A model generated the notes under the pieces. It worked only from the letters and a program-made list of their open reading frames with translations. It did not search any database and was not told where the DNA came from. A stretch of DNA of 64,000 nt from Candidatus Eiseniibacteriota bacterium. Its GTDB lineage: Bacteria > Eisenbacteria > RBG-16-71-46 > DASYSL01. The stretch lies in contig JBKJJJ010000127.1 in NCBI GenBank assembly GCA_046598045.1, positions 1-64,000 on the forward strand, read 5' to 3'. Shown one piece after another: positions 46,222 through 56,243 of this stretch (position 1 is the first letter of the stretch; every line of letters begins with the position of its first letter). A program made the translations under genes and the position numbers.

Positions 46222-49200
46222 GTGATTTCGTCCGTGTACCGTCGTGCGCTCGTCCTGGTCCTCGGCCTGCTCGCCATCCCGGCGATCGCCTCCGCGCAAT
46301 TCACGATCCAGCGCACCTCCTCGCCCATCTTCTACAACGACGTGGGCAACAGCCCGAGCCTGCGTTGCATGTACGCGTCCTACGAGGTCACGAACACGGG
46401 CGGGTCGACGATCGCGGACGTGTGGGTCGACATCGGGAGCTTCACCGGTGGCGTCGTGGGCCGCGCGTCGAGCGAGGACGGCGTGGTCGAGCTCGGCGCG
46501 ATGGCCCCCGGGCAGCGGAAGACGGCCTACTTCTATCTGCAGGCAAACACGACCACGGGCGTCGCGCAGGGTCACACCGTGCACGTCTACGCGAGCCGCC
46601 CTCCCGCCTCTGCGGCGCTCACGCAGTCGTACACGATCACGTCGGTCCAGAGCACGATTGCGGCCAACGCGAACAAGGTCACGACCGTGGTCAGCGGCCC
46701 GAACCCACCGCAGGTCGGCGGCATCGTGACCATCACCGTGTCCGGCCACACCGGGACGATCGGGTCTCCCCCGGTCCTGGCATTCTCGCCCGCCACCGAC
46801 ATCCTCTGGTCGGCTGCCGTGTTCGAGATGATCAGCACCCGGATCACGTTCTCGGGGAGCCCCAATGCGGGCGTCGTCACCGACAGCTTGATCGTCGCAC
46901 CGGCCGACCCGGGGAACACGGACTACGTGGCGGTCTACACCATGCGCGCCGCAGGCACGACCGTGGCCCCCACGGCCGTCACGCCGATCGGCTACTTCGC
47001 CAGCGGCGCCAACGTCAAGCACACCGACACCGGGAACTACGGCGGCTTCGCTCCGATCCCGCCGCCCGAGAGCAAGCTCACGCTCACCAAGTCCGCGACG
47101 CCGACCTACATCGTCGACGGCGGCGTCTCGACCTACACGATCCACATCGTCAACAGCGGCTTCGCGGACGGAACGCTCGACGACATCAAAGATGTGCTCC
47201 CGGGCGCCTCGACGATCGTGCCCGGCAGCTCGACCTTCAACGGCCTGCCGATCGGCGACCCGTCGGTGGCGGGCCGGACCGCGTTCTGGTACGGCCCGTT
47301 CACGTTGCTGGCGAACTCCTCCCGCGACCTGATCTACCAGGCTTCGTTCCCGGCCACGGCCGGCACGTTCGTCAACCAGGCGCTCGCCCACGTGGGCTCG
47401 GCGATCATCGACACCACGCTCGCGCTGAGCGACAGCCTGCCGGGCAAGGCGCCGATCGTGGTCTACGTGCATAACGCGGACATCTCGATCACCAAGGGGG
47501 ACGTGCCGGACCCGGTCGGCCCCGACTCGACTTTGACCTACACGCTCGTGGTCTCGAACGCCGGCCCGGACACCGCGTTCACCACCAGCGCGCTCGACAC
47601 GCTGCCAGCCGGCGTGGCGTTCGTCAACGCCAGCGCGACCCAGGGCACGGCCTCGGAAGCCTCGGGGGTGGTCCAGGTCGCGATCGGCACGCTCGCCCCG
47701 GGCGCAAGCTCGACGATCACGATCGTGGTCACGCCGAGCGCGGTCGGCACGCTGGTCAACACGGCACGCGCCACCAACGCGCGCGTCGACTACGTGCCCG
47801 GCAACAACACGGCCACCACGACCACGACCGTCAGGCTGCCGCCGCTGCCCGACATGCAAATCATCAAACGCGCCGCGCCCGCGATGTTCACGGTGGGACA
47901 GACCGTGGCCTACATCCTGTCGCTGACCAACATCGGCACCGGCCCCACGGAGGGCGCGATCGCGGTCGTCGACACGCTTCCGGCCGGCCTGAGCTACGTC
48001 TCGGGCAGTGGCCCGGGCTGGAGCGTGAGCGAGAGCGGTGGCGTGGTCACCGCCACCAACCCCGGCCCGATCGCGCTCGGCGACAGCGCCCTGGTCACGA
48101 TCCAGGCGACGGTGAGGGCGGCGGCCTTCCCGGGCGTGCTCAATCTCGCGCGCGTGACCACGTTCCGGGACTCGGACGCGGCCAACGACACCAGCTCGGT
48201 CGTGAACGCGGTGTTGGGCGCGCCCGACCTCCAACTTGCCAAGCGGCACGCGGGCGACTTCACGGTCGGCTCGCCGGGCCAGTACACGATCACGGTGACG
48301 AACGTCGGCAACCTGCCCACGACCAGCACGATCACGGTCGTCGACACGCTGCCCTCGGGCCTCGGTTACATCGCCGCCGCCGGTGCGGGGTGGACCACGA
48401 ACGAAACCTCCGGCATCGTCACTGCGACCTATGCGAGCCTGATTCTGCCGGGGGACAGCACCTCGTTCACCCTCGATGTCACGGTCGGCCCGGCGGCAGC
48501 GCCGTGGGCCGTCAACACTGCGGTCTCGACGGTGACGGGCGACGTCGGCGCGGCCAATGATCGCGGCGTCGACTCGACGCGCGTGATCGGGTTCCCCGAC
48601 GTGCAGATGATCAAGCGCGCCGTGGGCGCGCCGTTCACCGTCGGCGGCATCGCGACATGGACGCTGACGGCGACCAACGTCGGATCCGGCGCGACCACCG
48701 GGCCGATCACGATCACCGATACGCTCGCGCCAGGGCTGACCTTCGGGTCTGCCGCCGGCACGGGCTTCAGCACCTCGTTCGCCGACCCGACAGTGACCGC
48801 GACCTACGCGGCCGCGCTCGCCCCCGGGGACAGCGCGACGGTGACGCTCACCGCCCGGGTCTCTGCCGCTGCGTCGCCCGCGGTCGCCAACACCGCGCTC
48901 GCGAACACGCCGGGCGACACCAGCGCCGCGAACGACTCGAGCACCGCGACGAGCGCGGTCAATGACGCGCCCGATGTCCGGCTCGCCAAGCGGCACGCCG
49001 GTGACTTCACCGTCGGCGTGAACGGCCAGTACGTCATCAAGGTCTACAACGAAGGCTCGGCTCCGACGACGGGTACGGTCACCGTGCTCGACACGCTGCC
49101 CTCCGGCCTCGGCTTCGTCGCCGGGACGGGCGCGGGCTGGACGGTGAACGAGGCGCTCGGCATCGTGACCGCGACCAATGCGGGGCCGATTGCCGCCGGC

Positions 49201-52200
49201 GACAGCGCGAGCTTCACGCTCGACGTCTCGGTCGGACCCACGGCGATGCCCTCGGTCGTCAATGCGGCCGTCGCGTCCGCCACCGGCGATCTCAATGGCG
49301 GCAACGACCGCGGGATCGATCCCACGAACGTATCCGCGGCGCTCACGCCCGACCTGCAGGTGGTCAAGCGCGCGCTCGCGCCGCCGTTCACCGTGGGCGG
49401 CACCGCGAGCTACGCGATCACGGTCACGAACGTCGGCTCCGCCGCGACGACCGGTACGATCACGCTCAGCGACACCCTCCCCGCCGGGCTGACGTGGATC
49501 TCGGGCAGCGGCGCGGGCTGGATCGTCACCCAGTCGCTCGGCACCGTCACCGCCACCAACGCCGGCCCGATCGCGCCCGGCGATAGCGCGCTGGTCACGC
49601 TGACCGTGCAGGTCGGCGCAGCGGCCGCGCCATCGGTGATCAACTCCGCCACCGGCAGCACGCCGGGCGACGCGAGCCCGGGCAACGACACCGGCAGCAG
49701 CACGACCGCGGTCAATGACGCGCCGGACCTGCGCCTCTCGAAGTCGCACGCCTCGGACTTCACCGTGGGCACGAATGGCCAGTACCGCATCACGCTCTTC
49801 AATGACGGCTCGATTCCCACCACCGGCACGATCACCGTGCTCGACACGCTCCCCTTCGGCCTCGGCTTCGTCGCCGGGACGGGCGCGGGCTGGAGCGTCA
49901 ACGAGGCGCTCGGCATCGTGACCGCGACCAATGCGGGCCCGATCGCCGTCGGCGACAGCGCGAGCTTCACGCTCGACGTCACGGTCGGCCCTGCCGCGTT
50001 CCCCGGGGTGACCAACTCCGCGGTGGCGCAGACCGCGGGCGACATCGACGGCGGCAACGATCGCGGAGTCGACCCCACGATCGTCCAGCCGGCGCCGGTC
50101 TTCCCGCCGGACCTGCAGATCGTCAAACGCGCACCAGGCGCGCCGTTCACGGTGGGCGGCAGCGCCACCTACGTGCTCTCGGTCACCAACGTGGGCACCG
50201 GTCCGACCACGGGCGGCATCACGGTGACCGACGTCCTCCCCACCGGGATGACCTTTGTCTCGGGCAGCGGAGCAGGCTGGATCGTCACTGCAGCGCTCGG
50301 CACGGTCACCGCGACCAACGCGGGCCCGATCGCGTCCGGCGACAGCTCGCTGGTCTCGATCATCACGTCGGTCGGCGCGGCCGCGTTGCCTTCGGTCTCG
50401 AACAGCGCGAGCGTGGCGACGGCCGGCGACGGCAATGCTGCGAACGACAACGGATCGAACACGAGCGCGGTCAACGGCGCCCCGGATCTCGCGATGGGCA
50501 AGCGCCACTTCGGCGCGTTCACGGTCGGACAGCCGGGCGTCTACACGCTGACCGTCCGCAATGTGGGCAGCATCGCGACCACCGGCACGATCACGGTCGT
50601 CGACAGCCTGCCGGCCGGCCTCACCTACGTGACCGGCAACGGCGCGGGCTGGGCCTTCGGCGCAGCCGGCCAGGTCGTGACCGCGACCAACGCCGGGCCG
50701 ATCGCGGCCGGCGACAGCCTCTCCTTCACGCTCACGGTGGCGGTCGGCAATGCCGCCCTGCCGGGCGTGACCAACGTCGCGGTCGCCCGGACGCCGGGGG
50801 ATGCCAGCCCCGCGAATGATCGCGCGACCGATGCGACCGCGATCAGCGGCGCGCCCGACGTCGCATTGCTCAAGCGCCACGTGGGTTCGTTCACGGTGGG
50901 CGCGAACGCCGCGTACCAGATCGCGGTGCTCAACCTCGGCACCGCGGCAACCGCGGGCACGATCACCGTGCGCGACACGCTGCCCACCGGCCTCACGTTC
51001 GTGTCGCTTACGGGGGCAGGCTGGAGCAGCTCGCTCTCGGGCAACGTGGTCACCGCCACGAACCCAGGCCCGATCGCGCCGGCCGACAGCGCCACGTTCA
51101 CGCTCACCGTGCTCGTCGGCCCGGCGGCGTATCCGTCGGTCCTGAACGCGGCCGTGGCGCAGGTCGCCGGCGACAACAACCCGGGCAACGACCGCGGCAG
51201 TGACGTGCCGGCACCGGTCGTCTACGCGTCGCAGCTCGCGCTCGAGAAGCGCGCCGCGCCCTCGATCGTCGAGCCTGCGGACGTGGTCACCTACACGCTC
51301 GTCCTCTCGAACCTGGGCGTCTCGCAGGTGCCCGGAGTGGTGGTGCGCGACACGCTGCCGGTCGGCTTCCGCTTCGCCGACGGCACCGCGTCGGTCAACG
51401 GCACGCCGATCGCCGACCCGGCAGGAGCGCCGGGTGCGGGGCTCGCGTTCAACGTCGGCACCGTGCCGGCGAACGGCGCGATCACGCTGCGCTACCGCGC
51501 GCTGGTCGGGACGTCGGCCGTACTGGGCGACGGCATCAACCGTGCCTACGCGGAGAACGCCGGACTCAACCTGCGCTCGAACACCGCCGCGGCGAAGGTC
51601 ACGATCCACGGCGGCGTGTTCGCCGACGACGGCGTGCTCGCCGGCAAGGTGTGGGCGGATTGCGACTGCGATTCGAACCGCGCACAGGGCAAGGAGGAAC
51701 TCGGGGTGCCCGGCGTGCGGGTCTACCTCGAGGACGGCCGCTCGGCGATCACCGACGTCGAGGGCAAGTACCACTTCGAGGCGGTCGCGCCGCGCCTGCA
51801 CACGGTCAAGCTCGACAAGACGACGCTGCCCCAGGGCGCGCACATCGAGGTCGTGAACACGCGCGACGGCATGAGCCCGGGCACGCGCTTTGCGGACGTC
51901 AAGGACGGCGAGCTCTACCGCGCCGACTTCGCGCTCGCGGGCTGCGACCCGGCGTTCGTGTCCGAGCTCAAGGCCCGGCGCGAGCTGGGCGAGGTGCGCG
52001 CGGCGATCCAGACCGCGCAGCCGACGACCGCTGCCAACGTGGAGCCGGGCGCGACGCGCGTGCTCGACGGCACGCCGTGGGCGGGGGAAGCGGGCGCGCG
52101 CAGCGACGACGGCGCGTTCTATCACGTGATGCCCGGGCATCTCAATGACGGCGCCGCGGGCTCCGATCCGCGCAACTTGCTGTCGGCGGCGAGCTCGCTC

Positions 52201-55200
52201 GTGCCCGACGCGCCGGGCACGCCGGGGCTGCTCGCCGGCCACATCAGGAACGCGGCCCCGGGGCTCGAGATCTCGGTCCCCCGCCGCCCGGCGCCGGCCG
52301 ACGGCCACACGCTCGTGCCGGTGACGGTGCGCGTGCCCGGGGATGCGCCGGTGGCGGTCACGCTCGACAGTGATCTCGGCCTCTGGCAGGTCGCCGACCA
52401 GGATCCGAAGCACGACGGCATCCAGACCAGCGTCACGCACCAGGCCACGTTCCTGCTGGTCGCCCCGGCCTCCGCCGGCGCGGGCACGGTGCGCGTGACC
52501 GAGGACACGGACCTGAAGGGCAAGGTCACGTCGGACGGCCCGACCGCCCTGAGCGGCGTGCGCGAGGCCGAGGCCGGCCTCGTGTTCATCCCGAGCCCGC
52601 GGCCGTGGCTGGTCACGGGCACGATCGAGGGCCGCTACGACGGGCGCTCGGTCCACGCCGACGAGCTCGCTCCGGGGCAGATTCGGGACCGCTTCGAGGA
52701 CGCGTTCACGGTCGTTCGTTCGGACAACAGCGACGGCACATCGAACCTCGGCGCGCGCGGCGCGATGTTCGCGAAGGGCACGATCGGCGGCAACGTGGGC
52801 GTGACCTTCCGCTTCGACTCCGAGCACGCGGCGGACCGTCGCCGCTTCGACGACATTCGCCCGGACGAGGGCGAGGCGAACTTCGGCGACGCGTCGGTCT
52901 CGGGCTTCGAGGCGCAGTCGACCGAGCGCCTGTACGCGCGCCTCGAGCGCGGCCGCTCGTACGCTCTGTACGGCGATTTCCAGACCGCGGCGCTCGACCC
53001 GATCCGCGTGCTCGGCGCGTACTTCCGCGGCGTCAACGGCGGACGCGCGCACCTCGAGAACGGGCGCGCGGCGGTGGACGCGTTCGCGACGCATGACAAG
53101 GACCGCCAGGTCGTCGACGAGATCGACGGCCGCGGCATCTCGGGCCCGTATCCGCTGTCGCGCAAGGACGGCGTGCTCAACAGCGAGCGCGTCGAGATCG
53201 TCACGCGCGACCGCAACAACCCGTCGGTGATCCTCGCCCGCAAGGTGATGACGCGCTTCGCGGATTACACGATCGAGCCCTTCACCGGGCGCCTCCTGTT
53301 CCGCGCGCCGGTCGAGGCGCTGGACGAGCGCCTGAACCCGGTCTCGGTGCGCGTGACCTACGAGGTCGAGGGCGGCGGCGACCGCTTCTGGACCGCGGGC
53401 GGCAGCGCGAATCTCAAGCCGGTCGATGGCGTCGAGCTGATGGGCTCGTACGTCAAGGAGGACGACCCGGCGCGCGAGCACGTGCAGTACGGTGCCGGCG
53501 CCACCGTGAAGCTCCTCGCGCGCACGTTCGTGACGGGCGAGTGGGCGCGCACCGACAGCGCGGGCACGGGCGCGGCGAACGCGTATCGCGGGGAGATCCG
53601 CCACCAGGCGGACCACCTCGACCTGCGCGGCTTCGCGGTGCGCACCGATGCCGGCTTCGACAACCCCTCGTCCGGCTACGCGGCCGGACGCCAGGAATGG
53701 GGCGGCGGCGCGCGCTACCTGCTGGGCGGACGCTCGTCCGCCACGGCCGAGGGCGTGCTGACGAAGGACCTCGCGACCGGCGGACGCCGGAAGGGCGCGT
53801 CGCTCGGCCTCGAGCGCCGCCTCTCGGACGGCGTGTCGCTCGGCATCGGTTATCGCTGGGCGCGCGAGAGCTCGCTGCCGGCGGGCGGCGGCAACGCCGT
53901 GCCGACTCCGAACGAGACCGACGCCGCGCGCGCACGGCTCACGGCGCAGTTCAACCCGCGCACGAGCCTGTTCGCCGAGTACGAGAACGACCTCGGCGCG
54001 GGCAACGCGAAACGCTTCGAGGTGGGCGGCGACCGGCGCCTCACCGACCATGTGCGGGCGTACGCGCGCCACGAATTCCTGAACGGCTTCGCGGGCCCGT
54101 ACGCGCTCGACGACCGCCAGGGCCTCAACACCACCGTCTTCGGGTTCGCGGCCGACGGCCAGTCCGACCTCTCGGCGTTCAGCGAGTACCGCGTGCGCGA
54201 CGCGTTCGCGGGGCGCAACGCCGAGGCCGCGATGGGCCTGAGGGACCGCTTCCGCCTCTCCCCCGCCGTGCGCGTCCTGCTGTCGGTCGAGCGGGTCACG
54301 CCGACGAAGGGCGCGCCGGCGAGCGACGGCATGACCGCGATCGCGAGCGGACTCGAGTGGACCGGCGACCCGCTGACCAAGGGCTCGCTGCGGCTCGAGT
54401 ACCGCAAGTCGCAGGACCAGCCGCAATGGCTCGCGTCGGGCGGCCTGGCGCGCAAGCTCGGCCGGGACTGGACGGGCCTCGCGCGCTCGATGTGGAGCTG
54501 GGCGCCGAGCCAGCAGCGCACGGTGGCGCGCGACGAGATCGCGTTCGCGCTGCGCGAGACCGATCGCAACCACTGGAACGTGCTCGGCCGCATCGAGCAC
54601 CGCCTGGACGAGCAGCAGCTCGAGCCCGGATTCGACAGCCGCCACGAGGTGTTCCTCGCCTCCACGCGGCTCAACCTCCGCGCCTCGCGCCCGCTCACGC
54701 TGATGGGCCGCGCGGCCGGCAAGTGGACATTCGACGACGCCGGCGCCCGCACGATCGACGGCCGCGGCGCGCTGGCCTCGCTGCGCGCGCTCTACGACCT
54801 GTCCCCGCGGCTCGACCTCGCGCTGGCGGCGCGCTCGCGCTTCGACGGCTCGTTCGACCGCCGCACCGACGGGCTCGGCGCCGAGCTCGGCGTGCTGGTG
54901 ACGAAGAACCTCAGGCTTTCGGGTGGCTACAACGCATTCGGGTTCCACGATCCGGACTTCGCCTCGCTCGAGCGCACGGACAAGGGTCCGTTCCTCGCGT
55001 TCGGCTTCAAGTTCGACGAGGGCCTGTTCGGGGGTGGGCACGACGCGGTGCCGGCGGCGGCTTCGGCCCCGGCCGAGGGCGTCCAGCGCGGGGCAATCGC
55101 GACCGCGCCGAGGGACACGCTGTCGGCCAACTGGGCGCGCGTCAGCGACCCCGCGATCGCGGGCGACCTGCGCACGATCGACGCCTGGCGCGCGCGGGTC

Positions 55201-56163
55201 GACGCCCAGCCCGATTCGCTCGGCATCTACGGGCGCGCCAAGGCGAGGGCCTGGCTCACGCTCGCCCGCGCCGAATACACCGACAACGACCGCACCGGCG
55301 ACGCCGAGCGCGCGCTGGCGAACGCCGTGGCGCTCTACCATGCAATGAACGGGGCGAGCGGCATCGATTCGGCCGCGTTCGCAGCCGCCTCGGCGCGGTC
55401 CCTCCCGCGCCCCGAGCACCTGGCCGCGGGCGACATCGACGCGCGGATCGCGACGTTGAAGACGCACCCCGGATTCCACTGCGCCGAGGAGGAGGTCGCG
55501 CGTTACGAGGTCGAGCTCGCCTGGGCCGGGAACGAGGACCGGGACCAGGGCGCATGCAAGGCCACGCCGCACGAACAGGAAGCGCAGCGCCTTGCCGAGT
55601 CGATCGAGGCCAAGGAGGCGGAGTGCGTCAAGCCGGTCGCGATTCCCGTCCCGGTGGATACGACGCAGGCCCCGCCGGTCATGCCGAACTCGGAAATCGA
55701 GGAGATCCAGGCTGCGCTGGCCGAGATCCCGAGCGGGATCCACTTTGCGCTCAATCGCAATGACCTGAGCGCCACGTCCAGGGACGTCCTCGCGAGGATC
55801 GGCGTGGTGATGGCGAAGTACCCGCACATCAAGGTCGATCTCAAGGGCCACACCGATTCGCGCGGCTCGGTCGCGTACAACCTCGCGCTGTCGAAGCGCC
55901 GCGCGGACGCGGTGCAGAATGGGCTCGAAGCGGTGGGCGTGGACTCCGCGCGCATCACCACGTCGTTCGCCGGCAAGGGCGAGTTGCTCACGGCGGAGAA
56001 GGACGTGCGCGACCTCGCGCTCAACCGGCGCGTGGACTTCCACTACTATGACCCGACCGGGACCGAGATCATCGCGAAGAAGCAGACCGGGGACATCCAG
56101 ATCGAGAAGCCGAAGCCGGCCAGGCGGCCCGCGCGCAAGCGGGCCGTGAAGACCACGCGGTAG
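46222..56163 (+). CDS. Giant surface protein: DUF11 repeats + SdrD-B-like + probable outer-membrane beta-barrel + OmpA-like C-terminal domain
   Basis: GGAGG then GTG at 46222 and a signal peptide (RRALVLVLGLLAIPAIASA). 12 DUF11-type repeats; GKVWADCDCD...GVPGVRVYLEDG...TDVEGKYHF; long amphipathic-strand region; OmpA motif IHFALN...GHTDSRGSVAYNLALSKRRADAV...LNRRV. Confidence 0.9.
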   Translation: MISSVYRRALVLVLGLLAIPAIASAQFTIQRTSSPIFYNDVGNSPSLRCMYASYEVTNTGGSTIADVWVDIGSFTGGVVGRASSEDGVVELGAMAPGQRKTAYFYLQANTTTGVAQGHTVHVYASRPPASAALTQSYTITSVQSTIAANANKVTTVVSGPNPPQVGGIVTITVSGHTGTIGSPPVLAFSPATDILWSAAVFEMISTRITFSGSPNAGVVTDSLIVAPADPGNTDYVAVYTMRAAGTTVAPTAVTPIGYFASGANVKHTDTGNYGGFAPIPPPESKLTLTKSATPTYIVDGGVSTYTIHIVNSGFADGTLDDIKDVLPGASTIVPGSSTFNGLPIGDPSVAGRTAFWYGPFTLLANSSRDLIYQASFPATAGTFVNQALAHVGSAIIDTTLALSDSLPGKAPIVVYVHNADISITKGDVPDPVGPDSTLTYTLVVSNAGPDTAFTTSALDTLPAGVAFVNASATQGTASEASGVVQVAIGTLAPGASSTITIVVTPSAVGTLVNTARATNARVDYVPGNNTATTTTTVRLPPLPDMQIIKRAAPAMFTVGQTVAYILSLTNIGTGPTEGAIAVVDTLPAGLSYVSGSGPGWSVSESGGVVTATNPGPIALGDSALVTIQATVRAAAFPGVLNLARVTTFRDSDAANDTSSVVNAVLGAPDLQLAKRHAGDFTVGSPGQYTITVTNVGNLPTTSTITVVDTLPSGLGYIAAAGAGWTTNETSGIVTATYASLILPGDSTSFTLDVTVGPAAAPWAVNTAVSTVTGDVGAANDRGVDSTRVIGFPDVQMIKRAVGAPFTVGGIATWTLTATNVGSGATTGPITITDTLAPGLTFGSAAGTGFSTSFADPTVTATYAAALAPGDSATVTLTARVSAAASPAVANTALANTPGDTSAANDSSTATSAVNDAPDVRLAKRHAGDFTVGVNGQYVIKVYNEGSAPTTGTVTVLDTLPSGLGFVAGTGAGWTVNEALGIVTATNAGPIAAGDSASFTLDVSVGPTAMPSVVNAAVASATGDLNGGNDRGIDPTNVSAALTPDLQVVKRALAPPFTVGGTASYAITVTNVGSAATTGTITLSDTLPAGLTWISGSGAGWIVTQSLGTVTATNAGPIAPGDSALVTLTVQVGAAAAPSVINSATGSTPGDASPGNDTGSSTTAVNDAPDLRLSKSHASDFTVGTNGQYRITLFNDGSIPTTGTITVLDTLPFGLGFVAGTGAGWSVNEALGIVTATNAGPIAVGDSASFTLDVTVGPAAFPGVTNSAVAQTAGDIDGGNDRGVDPTIVQPAPVFPPDLQIVKRAPGAPFTVGGSATYVLSVTNVGTGPTTGGITVTDVLPTGMTFVSGSGAGWIVTAALGTVTATNAGPIASGDSSLVSIITSVGAAALPSVSNSASVATAGDGNAANDNGSNTSAVNGAPDLAMGKRHFGAFTVGQPGVYTLTVRNVGSIATTGTITVVDSLPAGLTYVTGNGAGWAFGAAGQVVTATNAGPIAAGDSLSFTLTVAVGNAALPGVTNVAVARTPGDASPANDRATDATAISGAPDVALLKRHVGSFTVGANAAYQIAVLNLGTAATAGTITVRDTLPTGLTFVSLTGAGWSSSLSGNVVTATNPGPIAPADSATFTLTVLVGPAAYPSVLNAAVAQVAGDNNPGNDRGSDVPAPVVYASQLALEKRAAPSIVEPADVVTYTLVLSNLGVSQVPGVVVRDTLPVGFRFADGTASVNGTPIADPAGAPGAGLAFNVGTVPANGAITLRYRALVGTSAVLGDGINRAYAENAGLNLRSNTAAAKVTIHGGVFADDGVLAGKVWADCDCDSNRAQGKEELGVPGVRVYLEDGRSAITDVEGKYHFEAVAPRLHTVKLDKTTLPQGAHIEVVNTRDGMSPGTRFADVKDGELYRADFALAGCDPAFVSELKARRELGEVRAAIQTAQPTTAANVEPGATRVLDGTPWAGEAGARSDDGAFYHVMPGHLNDGAAGSDPRNLLSAASSLVPDAPGTPGLLAGHIRNAAPGLEISVPRRPAPADGHTLVPVTVRVPGDAPVAVTLDSDLGLWQVADQDPKHDGIQTSVTHQATFLLVAPASAGAGTVRVTEDTDLKGKVTSDGPTALSGVREAEAGLVFIPSPRPWLVTGTIEGRYDGRSVHADELAPGQIRDRFEDAFTVVRSDNSDGTSNLGARGAMFAKGTIGGNVGVTFRFDSEHAADRRRFDDIRPDEGEANFGDASVSGFEAQSTERLYARLERGRSYALYGDFQTAALDPIRVLGAYFRGVNGGRAHLENGRAAVDAFATHDKDRQVVDEIDGRGISGPYPLSRKDGVLNSERVEIVTRDRNNPSVILARKVMTRFADYTIEPFTGRLLFRAPVEALDERLNPVSVRVTYEVEGGGDRFWTAGGSANLKPVDGVELMGSYVKEDDPAREHVQYGAGATVKLLARTFVTGEWARTDSAGTGAANAYRGEIRHQADHLDLRGFAVRTDAGFDNPSSGYAAGRQEWGGGARYLLGGRSSATAEGVLTKDLATGGRRKGASLGLERRLSDGVSLGIGYRWARESSLPAGGGNAVPTPNETDAARARLTAQFNPRTSLFAEYENDLGAGNAKRFEVGGDRRLTDHVRAYARHEFLNGFAGPYALDDRQGLNTTVFGFAADGQSDLSAFSEYRVRDAFAGRNAEAAMGLRDRFRLSPAVRVLLSVERVTPTKGAPASDGMTAIASGLEWTGDPLTKGSLRLEYRKSQDQPQWLASGGLARKLGRDWTGLARSMWSWAPSQQRTVARDEIAFALRETDRNHWNVLGRIEHRLDEQQLEPGFDSRHEVFLASTRLNLRASRPLTLMGRAAGKWTFDDAGARTIDGRGALASLRALYDLSPRLDLALAARSRFDGSFDRRTDGLGAELGVLVTKNLRLSGGYNAFGFHDPDFASLERTDKGPFLAFGFKFDEGLFGGGHDAVPAAASAPAEGVQRGAIATAPRDTLSANWARVSDPAIAGDLRTIDAWRARVDAQPDSLGIYGRAKARAWLTLARAEYTDNDRTGDAERALANAVALYHAMNGASGIDSAAFAAASARSLPRPEHLAAGDIDARIATLKTHPGFHCAEEEVARYEVELAWAGNEDRDQGACKATPHEQEAQRLAESIEAKEAECVKPVAIPVPVDTTQAPPVMPNSEIEEIQAALAEIPSGIHFALNRNDLSATSRDVLARIGVVMAKYPHIKVDLKGHTDSRGSVAYNLALSKRRADAVQNGLEAVGVDSARITTSFAGKGELLTAEKDVRDLALNRRVDFHYYDPTGTEIIAKKQTGDIQIEKPKPARRPARKRAVKTTR
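47074..51600 (+). repeat. Twelve ~125-aa DUF11 (TIGR01451-like) tandem domains
   Basis: Recurrent (P)DLxxxK...YTxTVTNxG...xxDxLPxG...NxA. Starts near 47074, 47476, 47848, 48223, 48595, 48970, 49348, 49723, 50107, 50482, 50854 and 51229. Confidence 0.88.
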
Positions 56164-56177
56164 CCCAGGGGCCGATC

Positions 56178-56224
56178 GCAAACAAAGCGGGCCGCCGGAG
56201 CGATCCGGCGGCCCGTTTGCTTTC
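56178..56224. terminator. Bidirectional terminator between convergent genes
   Basis: AAACAAA-GCGGGCCGCCGGA-GCGA-TCCGGCGGCCCGT-TTGCTTT. Confidence 0.8.
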
Positions 56225-56243
56225 CCCCTCCCGCAGCCGGCCG

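Noticed and set aside
45961..56181. 3406-aa minus-strand ORF
   Set aside because: Antisense shadow of the giant plus-strand gene. It is Arg/Gly-rich with no motifs, as expected from high GC3 codon bias.
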